A stretch of DNA of 64,000 bases from the NCBI GenBank assembly GCA_964202905.1, contig CAXNJO010000006.1:160001-224000 (forward strand). Reading direction: 5' to 3'. The stretch is from Polyangiales bacterium (GTDB lineage Bacteria; Myxococcota_A; Polyangia; Polyangiales; JADJQN01). The notes under the pieces were generated by a model, which saw only the letters and a list, made by a program, of their open reading frames with translations, searched no databases and was not told the DNA's origin. Below are positions 57,295-64,000 of the stretch, piece after piece. The translations under genes were made by a program, and so were the position numbers. Numbering within the stretch: the stretch's first letter is position 1; every line of letters begins with the position of its first letter.

Positions 57295-58272
57295 TCAGTC
57301 AGTGCGGCGGTTGCGTAGCGCCGTTACGACGTCCGCGGTCGTGACCGCCAACCGCATCGAGAGAATGGCGGATTTCGCGGCGTCTTCACACGCCCGGGTC
57401 ACGTCCGCGTGGCTTAGCGTAGCGCCGGCCTCTCGCACCGAGGCCCACGCGACGTCGGACGTGTCGAGCATGGCGAGCCGTGCGCGAGCAACCGCCTCGA
57501 TGTCCTCGGCCGTGGGTAGCGTGTATTCGATGACGGCGTCGAAGCGACGGAAGAGCGCACGGTCCAGTAGCGCCGGGTGGTTCGTCGCAGCGACGACGAC
57601 GCTCTCCGACTGATCCTGCTCGAGCATCACGAGGAAGGAGTTGAGCACGCGCCGGATCTCTCCCACGTCGTTGCCGGCGGCGCGGTCTCCGCCCAGCGCA
57701 TCGAACTCGTCGAAGAGGTAGACGGCTCGGGTCTGGGCCATCGCCTCGAACACCAGTCGGAGCTTGGCGGCGGTCTCGCCCATGAACTTGGTGATGATGC
57801 CGTCCAGCTGGATGGCGAAGAGTGCGAGCGCCAGCTCGCCAGCGAGGGCACCGGCGGTCAGCGTCTTGCCAGTCCCCGGGGGACCAACGAGGAGGAGTCG
57901 CTTGATGGGCGCGAGGCCGTGAGCTCTGAGCTCCTCGCGCTGCCGTTGCTCTACGACGACGCGCTCAAGCCGATCGCGAACGTTGGGGGCGACGACGAGA
58001 TCACGGAGGCGGGTCTGCGGGTAGCTCGCAGCCAGCACGCCGGCGAGGTCGCCTCGGGGCTGAACGAGCGGCACCGTCTTCGCGCGAGGGAGCGTCGGCT
58101 CTGCGGCCCGTGCCTTCGCGCGGTCGATGAGGTCCTTGAGCTCCTGGGCGAACCGCGAATGACCCGTGCGGGCCGCCTGCGCCGCGACCTGGAGCGCGAC
58201 CGCGTAGAAGCGAGCGTCGTCTCCGTCCGCGTGGCTGCGGATCAATGCCTTGATCTGGTCAGCCGAGGCCAT
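57295..58272 (-). CDS. AAA+ ATPase (IetA/Y4kL-like)
   Basis: MASADQIKALIRSH N-terminus, GPPGTGKT, LFDEFDALG, AATNHP and LDRALFRRFD; 12 bp upstream of the S8 gene. Confidence 0.94.
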   Translation of the reverse strand: MASADQIKALIRSHADGDDARFYAVALQVAAQAARTGHSRFAQELKDLIDRAKARAAEPTLPRAKTVPLVQPRGDLAGVLAASYPQTRLRDLVVAPNVRDRLERVVVEQRQREELRAHGLAPIKRLLLVGPPGTGKTLTAGALAGELALALFAIQLDGIITKFMGETAAKLRLVFEAMAQTRAVYLFDEFDALGGDRAAGNDVGEIRRVLNSFLVMLEQDQSESVVVAATNHPALLDRALFRRFDAVIEYTLPTAEDIEAVARARLAMLDTSDVAWASVREAGATLSHADVTRACEDAAKSAILSMRLAVTTADVVTALRNRRTD

Positions 58273-58491
58273 CCGTATTCATACCGCGCCCGGTGTCCCG
58301 TCCGCCAGAGTTCCGCTAGAAATAAGGCAAAACGCGGCGCTCAGGCCACCGGCGTTCCTGTGGGCCAAGGGCCTGCCCAGCGCTTCCAGAGCCTCATCAG
58401 CAGTGTCGCCCCCCGAAAGCTCGACGATCGCCGGTGGGGCGATCGCCAAGGACGATCTTCGCCGCAGATCCGGGCTACGCGCCCGTTGCCA

Positions 58492-58926
58492 TCAGCGATC
58501 GACCTCCGACGGCTCGGGGGCTCCCTCTGGCGCTTCGCGCTCCAGCAGCCAGCGCGCTCGGCGCGCGTTTCTGTAGAGACCGACGACTGCGAAGCCGGCG
58601 GCGATCAGTACTGCGACCGCGGGGCCGACCAAGAGCAGCAACGTCAGCCGCGCGTCTACGCGAGCCGAGATGTAGTGCTCCCGCGCGTGTTCGCTCGCGT
58701 TCCACGCGACGAGCTCCCACAGGCACGTCACCGCGAAAAGAGTCGCCGCGACGATGAACATCGGCTTTGCGCGCGCTGGCTCCGGCATCGAGTTCGGGGG
58801 CAACGATGTGGAGGTGGGCTCTGCTTGTGAGCGAGGCCCGGACGCCACCGGGCACCCGCACGACGGGCATGCCGCCGCCTTGTCAGACACCTGGCGCCCG
58901 CACTCCGCGCAATCGATCAACGCCAT
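58492..58926 (-). CDS. Zinc-ribbon domain membrane protein
   Basis: MALIDCAECGRQVSDKAAACPSCGCP followed by two TM helices; AAGGAG RBS. Confidence 0.82.
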   Translation of the reverse strand: MALIDCAECGRQVSDKAAACPSCGCPVASGPRSQAEPTSTSLPPNSMPEPARAKPMFIVAATLFAVTCLWELVAWNASEHAREHYISARVDARLTLLLLVGPAVAVLIAAGFAVVGLYRNARRARWLLEREAPEGAPEPSEVDR

Positions 58927-59060
58927 GGCCACTCCTTGCTCGCCAGGCCGAGAGGCCCCGTGGCCTGCGGGTGCGACTCGTCCGTGTTCGCCTTCTTCGT
59001 GTCGGTCCCGGTGGTCATGCTCATCTCCGGCAAAGGAAACGGCCGAAGCCGTCTCCAGGG

Positions 59061-59612
59061 TCAGTGCGTCGCCGGGCCGAGCGACCAGTTGCCGGCGTCG
59101 TCGCGGCGCGCGGTGCGGTCTCGGGTTCCACTGCCGGCTTCGGGCAGCTCGAAGTCGCAGAGCCTCGCCGCCTCTGCCACTCCCGCGTTCACCGCGAGCT
59201 CGCGCTCGTAGTGGAAGTCAGCGGCGTTCCCGCTCGTAGCGATGCCGCTGATCGTCCCGACGTGAAGCGTGGCGCAAGGGAGCTGCAGGTAGCTCCCCTC
59301 TGGCCTCGGCGGCCCCGCCAAGACGAGCTGGCACTGCCCCGCGATGTTGCAGGGCCCGACGCCCGTCACCATGTGGGCTCGTTCGAGCGCCCTCGCGCAG
59401 TCGTCACTCCCCACGAGGTACGGCACCACCTCGTTTGGGTCGATGTCGAACCTGTCGTCGAACGGGACGAGGGCCGGCACCCGGCATGTCACGCCGCCGA
59501 CGTACTCCGGCAGGCCCTCGATCAACCGGCGGGCCTCGGCCTCGGTGAGGTTGTTGCTGCACCCCGCTGCCACGATCCCGAGCACGACCATCGCCACCGT
59601 GTCGATCTTCAT
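59061..59612 (-). CDS. Hypothetical lipoprotein
   Basis: AAAGGAGGA RBS; MKIDTVAMVVLGIVAAGC lipobox; several Cys. Confidence 0.75.
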   Translation of the reverse strand: MKIDTVAMVVLGIVAAGCSNNLTEAEARRLIEGLPEYVGGVTCRVPALVPFDDRFDIDPNEVVPYLVGSDDCARALERAHMVTGVGPCNIAGQCQLVLAGPPRPEGSYLQLPCATLHVGTISGIATSGNAADFHYERELAVNAGVAEAARLCDFELPEAGSGTRDRTARRDDAGNWSLGPATH

Positions 59613-59738
59613 GTCGTCCTCCTTTCGTCGGGAAGTCGTTCGGGTGATGAGCCGCAGCCGGACCGCCGTCGGCGCCTCGCTAGGCTACGTCAGGCCTGAC
59701 GTATGCCGCAATGACGCCCCTCTCTACGGTCCGGGGCG

Positions 59739-59960
59739 ATGGCCTCCGACACCGACCTCAAGGTCCGGTTGGGAAAGCGCTGCCGGGCGGTCCGGCAGCG
59801 CAAGAAGCTGTCGTTGATGGACGTCGTGAAGAACCACGAGGTCTCGCTATCGCACTTGCAGAAGATCGAGAGGGGCGCCCTGGACCCGCGGCTGAGCACC
59901 TTGAAGAAGCTCGCCGTGGCGTACGGGGTCACCCTCTCGACCTTGCTGCGCGACGTGTAG
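59739..59960 (+). CDS. XRE/Cro-C1 helix-turn-helix regulator
   Basis: LGKRCRAVRQRKKLS...SHLQKIERGALDPRLSTLKKLAVAYGV. Confidence 0.9.
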   Translation: MASDTDLKVRLGKRCRAVRQRKKLSLMDVVKNHEVSLSHLQKIERGALDPRLSTLKKLAVAYGVTLSTLLRDV

Positions 59961-59973
59961 GTCAGCGGCGGGG

Positions 59974-60171
59974 TCACCCCCAGCCGCCGAGGATGCGGGA
60001 CTCCATCTCGACCTCGTTCTCCGCGACCATGCGGACCACGAGCTCGAGGTCGCGGCCGGTGAGCCGCACGGCGACGACTTGTTCTTCGTCCCGCTCGCTG
60101 ACGAGGTAGACGTCGCCGTCGAGGACGAAGAACTTCGACTTCGGCTTCGAGCGCCTACGCCGCCTCGGCAT
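59974..60171 (-). CDS. Small hypothetical protein (65 aa)
   Basis: GGAGG upstream; overlaps the end of the nuclease gene; plausible codon usage. Confidence 0.55.
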   Translation of the reverse strand: MPRRRRRSKPKSKFFVLDGDVYLVSERDEEQVVAVRLTGRDLELVVRMVAENEVEMESRILGGWG

Positions 60172-60954
60172 CGCCGACCTCCACCTGCCCCATGCCCGCG
60201 CCGATGCAGGTCCGTCGGTACTCGCAGCTCGAGCACATCATCCCGGGCGCCGGCGGGAAGTGGCCGGCGAGAATGGCGCGCTCGATCTGTGCCGCGGCCG
60301 TCATGAACCAGAGGCTCACGTCGCGGCTGTGCGGGAGCACGACGTGCTGCACCTTCGGCACCTTCGTCTTCACCAAGTTGAAGACCTCGACGTCGACCCC
60401 GGCGTAGCGGGCCGCCGACCTGTACGCGGCGAACTGCAAGTTGGTGGCGAGGGCCACCTGGCTGTAGGCGGCCTTCGCCGTCTTCAGCTCGATGACGTTC
60501 CCGTTGCGGAGCTCGAAGTCGAAGTAGCCGACGAGCCGTCGCGGCAGGTGCTCGCCGGTGATGGGATCGATGACCGCCAGCTCGAACGGGATCTCGGTCG
60601 CGACGACCTCGAGCTCTCCGCAGTGCGTGACGAAGGTGCGGACGAGGCGCTCGCCCTCCGTGCGAAGATCGTCGACCGTCGCGCCGCGCCAGTCGATGTC
60701 GTCACGGGCGAGCTCGGCCCCGAGGTCGGCGTTGAGGATGCGGAGCGCGTCCTCGACGGTCGGCTGCTTGCGAGCCACTCGCTCCTCGAACCACCACGCG
60801 CTGCGCCGCGCACCGCGGAGCCCAGCGCGAGGCCGGTCCCGCGGTGCTCCGGCGCGAGGTGCAGCACATACCTCAGCTCGTAGCGGCGGGGGCACGCCGC
60901 GTACGTCGACAACTGCGAGGCCGACGTGTGCTGCGGGAGCTCACTCCGCGGCAT
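60155..60954 (-). CDS. PD-(D/E)XK Cas4/RecB-like exonuclease with 4-Cys Fe-S motif; apparent -1 frameshift at about 60800
   Basis: SASQLSTYAACPRRY...GSAV in one frame; WWFEE...ATEIPF...LVGYFD...IELKTA...QFAAY...CSSCEYRRTC in the other. Confidence 0.82.
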
Positions 60955-61597
60955 GGCCACCGGCCCCGTTGGCTGCGGCGCGCCTCTCCTCATCGGAGAG
61001 CATGTCGAGGAGTCGGCTCGCCTGCGCCCTCGTCGCGTTCGCCGGGTCGACCCCGAGTCGGTCCGTGAGGAAGGCGAGAGCCCGCGGGCCTTCGTACCCG
61101 AGGGCCAACGCCTTGCGCCAGAGCGCCCGCTTCTGCGCATCGCTGATGCCGGCGTCTCGGCGGTCGTCGATGCGCGTCACCGGCGCCCGCTCCTGCGGCC
61201 GCTCGAAGTCGATGTCGTCGTCGCCGCCGAGTTCTTCCAGCGCTACCGCGTGAACGTTCGCCATTAGACGCAGCGCACGCCCCACGGCGCGAGATTCGGC
61301 CACGCGCAGGATGTGGGGCGCGACCTTCCTGTTGACGTTCTTCGGGTTCGCGTCCCCAAGCCCAGTGAAGATGCCCGGCTTGCCTTTCGCGACTGCGCGG
61401 ACGACGGCGGTCTGGCCGTTGGCGTCGGTCGGCAACTGGATCAGCGTCGTGTCGATCGACTCGAGCCCGACGGCGTGCGCGGCGGCCACCAGGCCGGGCA
61501 GCGTGACGAAATCCTTGTGACCGACGACAGCGCCGGACTCGTTCTTGACGGCGATGCGGACGACGAACTGCGAGGGAATCTTCTTGTCATTGCTCAT
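60941..61597 (-). CDS. Putative Rad52-superfamily single-strand annealing protein
   Basis: FVTLPGLVAAAH...AVVRAVA...FTGLGDANPKNV...HILRVAESRAVGRALR...ALEEL; C-terminal ISDAQKRAL...TRAQASRLLD; AGGAG RBS. Confidence 0.7.
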   Translation of the reverse strand: MSNDKKIPSQFVVRIAVKNESGAVVGHKDFVTLPGLVAAAHAVGLESIDTTLIQLPTDANGQTAVVRAVAKGKPGIFTGLGDANPKNVNRKVAPHILRVAESRAVGRALRLMANVHAVALEELGGDDDIDFERPQERAPVTRIDDRRDAGISDAQKRALWRKALALGYEGPRALAFLTDRLGVDPANATRAQASRLLDMLSDEERRAAANGAGGHAAE

Positions 61598-61635
61598 GGC
61601 GTTCTCCTAGTTGATGTTGGCGATGCAGACGTGAA

Positions 61636-61679
61636 GAAGCCGAAGCCCGAGCACCCGATGGGGCCCGAGCTCCGGCTTC
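61636..61679 (-). terminator. Stem-loop between radC and the annealase gene
   Basis: Minus strand gaagccggagctcgggc-ccc-atc-ggg-t-gctcgggcttcggcttc; its mismatches are G-U pairs only on this strand; short T-rich tail. Confidence 0.55.
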
Positions 61680-61688
61680 GGTGAGCGC

Positions 61689-62261
61689 TCAGCGGCGCGT
61701 AAGTAGACCGGCGTCAAGGAAGCTGAAGTGCGCCTCCGAGCCGATGACGACGTGGTCCAGCAGTCGGATGCCGAGCAGCTCCGCGCCGCGAGCGATGCGC
61801 TCGGTGAGGGCGATGTCCTCGGGGCTCGGTGACGGGTCGCCCGAGGGGTGGTTGTGCACGACGATCCCCGCCACGCATGCGTTGAGCACGAGCGGCCTGA
61901 GGATATCGCGCGGCATCACGGCGCAGCTCGTGACCCCGCCGCGGCAGACGCACTGCATCAGCCGCACGGCGTTGCGGGCATCGAGCCCCACGATGTGCAG
62001 CGACTCCATCGTGTCGCCCCGGAGCAGCGGGAGGTAGTGCGCGGCGATGTCCTTGCTCGAGGCGATCTTAGAGCCGACGAGGTCCTCGTGACGCCCGCCT
62101 CGCCGCACGAGCTCACGCAGCGCGAGGACCTTGGCGGCCACCTTCGCAGGCGGCACGACATCCTCATCGAGGAGCTGCGACGGCCTCAGGTGCGACGGCA
62201 GCGGCGCCTTCGGGAGGATGGCGGCGACGAGCTCGTCGATGCGGGTTGGCCCGTTCCTCAT
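61689..62261 (-). CDS. radC: RadC-like JAB domain protein
   Basis: ESLHIVGLDARN, PRDIL, VHNHPSGDPSPSPEDIALT, LLDHVVIG and FSF; ATG overlaps the upstream TGA. Confidence 0.92.
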   Translation of the reverse strand: MRNGPTRIDELVAAILPKAPLPSHLRPSQLLDEDVVPPAKVAAKVLALRELVRRGGRHEDLVGSKIASSKDIAAHYLPLLRGDTMESLHIVGLDARNAVRLMQCVCRGGVTSCAVMPRDILRPLVLNACVAGIVVHNHPSGDPSPSPEDIALTERIARGAELLGIRLLDHVVIGSEAHFSFLDAGLLTRR

Positions 62262-63118
62262 GACGGCCCCATCGCAGCCGCGATGGCCTCGATGAAGCGG
62301 ACCGCCAAGCCACGTCGTGGAGGCCGATGCGTGGTGAACCGCCTGGGCGCCTCCACGACGGAGACCGGGGTCTCCCGTGGCCTCGACGCCACTTCGCCGC
62401 CCTCCGCCGCGTCGTGGGGCCGGCATGAGCCGTCGGCGGTCGACGAAGGTCCAGCCTCGGCGGCCGGGCTCACGAAGACGGCCTCTGGAGACACGTCTCC
62501 GCGGATGGCTCGCAGAGGCATGGCCTCAGCCACGATGTCGACGTGCGAGGTGGGCACCGCCGCGAGCGGCACCATCAAGTTGTCGGCGTCGATCGCCGCC
62601 GGCCGCAGCCACAACTTGAAGTACCCGCGTGAACGCGGGGTCGCCCACTTGATGTTGAGCGACGTCGTCGTGAGCAACATCGAGATCGGGAGCCGGCGGC
62701 ACTCCTTGAGGAGCGAGCGCAGGCGCCGAACGTCGATGCCGCCGCGCTCGCTGAAGACGATGTCGCCGCCCGTGGGCCATGCAGCACAGGCAGCAGTGAC
62801 GAGCGCGGGGTCGATCTCGATGTCGCCGTCGAGGCGCACCTGGGCCGACTCCGCGGCCGCCGCCGCGAGCTCCCTCGCCGACGCCCGCTGCGCCTGTCCA
62901 CGAGCCTCGCGGGCTACCCGCTGCGCTCCCTCGATCGTGTCGACGAGCACGCCGACGGGGTCGTCGTTCCGATGGAGGCGCTCGAGGTTGGCGCGAGGGA
63001 AGCCGAGGATGTCCGGCAGCTCGGAGCCCGAGACCGCGATGACGTCGGCGAGCTGGTCACGCACGCCGTCGACGCCGTCGCGGTAGAGCCGGGCGAGCCC
63101 GCGGAGCTCCGCGAGCAT
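62258..63118 (-). CDS. Hypothetical protein
   Basis: Coupled on both sides (TGATG at 63116-63120, ATGA at 62258-62261); no recognised motif. Confidence 0.65.
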   Translation of the reverse strand: MLAELRGLARLYRDGVDGVRDQLADVIAVSGSELPDILGFPRANLERLHRNDDPVGVLVDTIEGAQRVAREARGQAQRASARELAAAAAESAQVRLDGDIEIDPALVTAACAAWPTGGDIVFSERGGIDVRRLRSLLKECRRLPISMLLTTTSLNIKWATPRSRGYFKLWLRPAAIDADNLMVPLAAVPTSHVDIVAEAMPLRAIRGDVSPEAVFVSPAAEAGPSSTADGSCRPHDAAEGGEVASRPRETPVSVVEAPRRFTTHRPPRRGLAVRFIEAIAAAMGPS

Positions 63119-63513
63119 CACCGCCGCCATCGACCGTCCTCGTCGAACATGTCTGCGGAGCGCGGGTCCTCCCCCCACCCAGGGAGCCGACTCTCGCGGT
63201 CGTCTCGTCGCTCGAAACGTCCGCGGTCGTCGAACCTCGAAGGCGGCGTCACGAGTGGCTCACGCGCCGGGGCGCTCGAGGTGGTGCGTCCGACCTCGAT
63301 CACGATGCCGGCGATGACGGCGTTGCGCTCGATGACAACGACGCCGTTGTAGAGGACGCCCATGGAGCCGGTGACCCGGAGGTCTTCCGGCGGCTCGACC
63401 AAAGGTCGAAGCTGCTCGAGCACGTTGCGGGTGCCGTCGAGCGCGATGTAGAAGATGGCGACCAACACGGCGCCCATGGCGCGGATGGTCTCCTTGGGGA
63501 GGTCGTCGTTCAT
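63118..63513 (-). CDS. Hypothetical protein
   Basis: 131-aa ORF with normal codon usage, coupled to the downstream gene. Confidence 0.6.
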   Translation of the reverse strand: MNDDLPKETIRAMGAVLVAIFYIALDGTRNVLEQLRPLVEPPEDLRVTGSMGVLYNGVVVIERNAVIAGIVIEVGRTTSSAPAREPLVTPPSRFDDRGRFERRDDRESRLPGWGEDPRSADMFDEDGRWRR

Positions 63514-63526
63514 GTTCTTGTTCCCC

Positions 63527-63580
63527 GAAAGACGAAGCCCCGGCCCCCTCCTCGCGTGAGGAGAGAACCGGGGCCTCGTC
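63527..63580 (-). terminator. Long intrinsic-terminator-like hairpin
   Basis: 23-bp stem gacgaggccccggttctctcctc/gaggagggggccggggcttcgtc (fully paired with 4 G-U on minus strand), 4-nt loop, followed by TTTC. Confidence 0.65.
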
Positions 63581-63600
63581 CAGCTCGGTGATGTGGTGGG

Positions 63601-63747
63601 TCAGCCCGCCTTTCCGAAGATGACGTTCTTCGCGATGGCGACGACCACGGCGACGACGACCCCCGCCGCGGCGCGCTGCACTCCGTCGTCCTTGACCAGG
63701 CCGGTGAAGAAGTTGCCGTTGTTCTCGGTGCTCTCGTTCGCGTTCAT
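63601..63747 (-). CDS. Small 48-aa single-TM protein (not in the supplied ORF track)
   Basis: AAGGAG RBS; MNANESTENNGNFFTGLVKDDGVQRAAAGVVVAVVVAIAKNVIFGKAG*; followed by the hairpin. Confidence 0.7.
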   Translation of the reverse strand: MNANESTENNGNFFTGLVKDDGVQRAAAGVVVAVVVAIAKNVIFGKAG

Positions 63748-63825
63748 GATGGAGTTCTCCTTGAGGTTGAACGCCGGCCAACACGGCTCGGGTTCATGTT
63801 CCTGATAGGAGAATCCGCCCCGTTT

Positions 63826-64000
63826 CTACATCGGCCCGAGATCGCCCGGCTGAAACCCAGCGAGACCGCCGATGATCTGCTCGAGGCTCCACGAGGGGTC
63901 GAACATGCGCGGCGCGGGCCACCCGTTCTGGGTGAAGAGCAGCGCCATCTCCGCGAAGTCCGCTTCAGGGCAGAGGACGAGGTACGGGCTTGGCAGCCCG
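63826..64000 (-). CDS. C-terminal fragment of a hypothetical protein (truncated by window edge)
   Basis: Open frame GLPSPYLVLCPEADFAEMALLFTQNGWPAPRMFDPSWSLEQIIGGLAGFQPGDLGPM* with GC3-biased codons. Confidence 0.55.
   Translation of the reverse strand, partial: GLPSPYLVLCPEADFAEMALLFTQNGWPAPRMFDPSWSLEQIIGGLAGFQPGDLGPM

Larger units (their letters stand above)
54668..64000. mobile_element. Left part of an integrated element (ICE/prophage-like island) extending beyond the window
   Basis: tRNA-end remnant at the boundary; visibly more A/T and different codon usage (by eye, not computed); cargo of AAA+S8, XRE, Cas4-like nuclease, annealase, RadC and small ORFs. No integrase inside the window. 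Confidence 0.78.

Noticed and set aside
60155..60954. Cas4 as evidence of a CRISPR-Cas locus
   Set aside because: It is a solo PD-(D/E)XK nuclease beside an annealase and radC, with no array or other cas genes in the window.

Overview
Very GC-rich bacterial DNA. The gene content (several Hanks-type Ser/Thr kinases, a kinase-ATPase, a CRTAC1/ASPIC-UnbV lipoprotein, an AgmX/PglI-like domain) suggests Myxococcota, probably Polyangiales/Sandaracinaceae-like; this assignment is inference. Bases 1-54.6 kb are host chromosome. They carry a circularly permuted ATP-grasp/alpha-E/GATase-transglutaminase peptide-ligation locus, a U32 hydroxylase operon, thyA and folA split by an OmpA gene, and an 11-gene, translationally coupled lipid operon (18.8-31.0 kb). 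That operon looks like a dissociated ElbD-type alkyl/ether-lipid pathway with an added pyruvyl-transferase and lipid kinase, and is the best candidate for an undescribed system. Also present are a Cpx-like two-component module, a carotenoid oxygenase, a receptor kinase whose extracellular domain is paralogous to the adjacent lipoprotein, a structured and repeat-rich intergenic region (46.5-46.9 kb) and a TonB receptor with a lipoprotein. From about 54,668 (a tRNA-Glu 3'-end att-like remnant) to the window end lies the left part of an integrated element. It carries an ietAS-type AAA+S8 protease pair, an XRE regulator, and a RadC + Rad52-like annealase + Cas4-like exonuclease module. At least six genes have single-base frameshifts, most likely assembly errors. 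No rRNA, intact tRNA or CRISPR array was seen. All calls are by motif recognition only; no searches were run.
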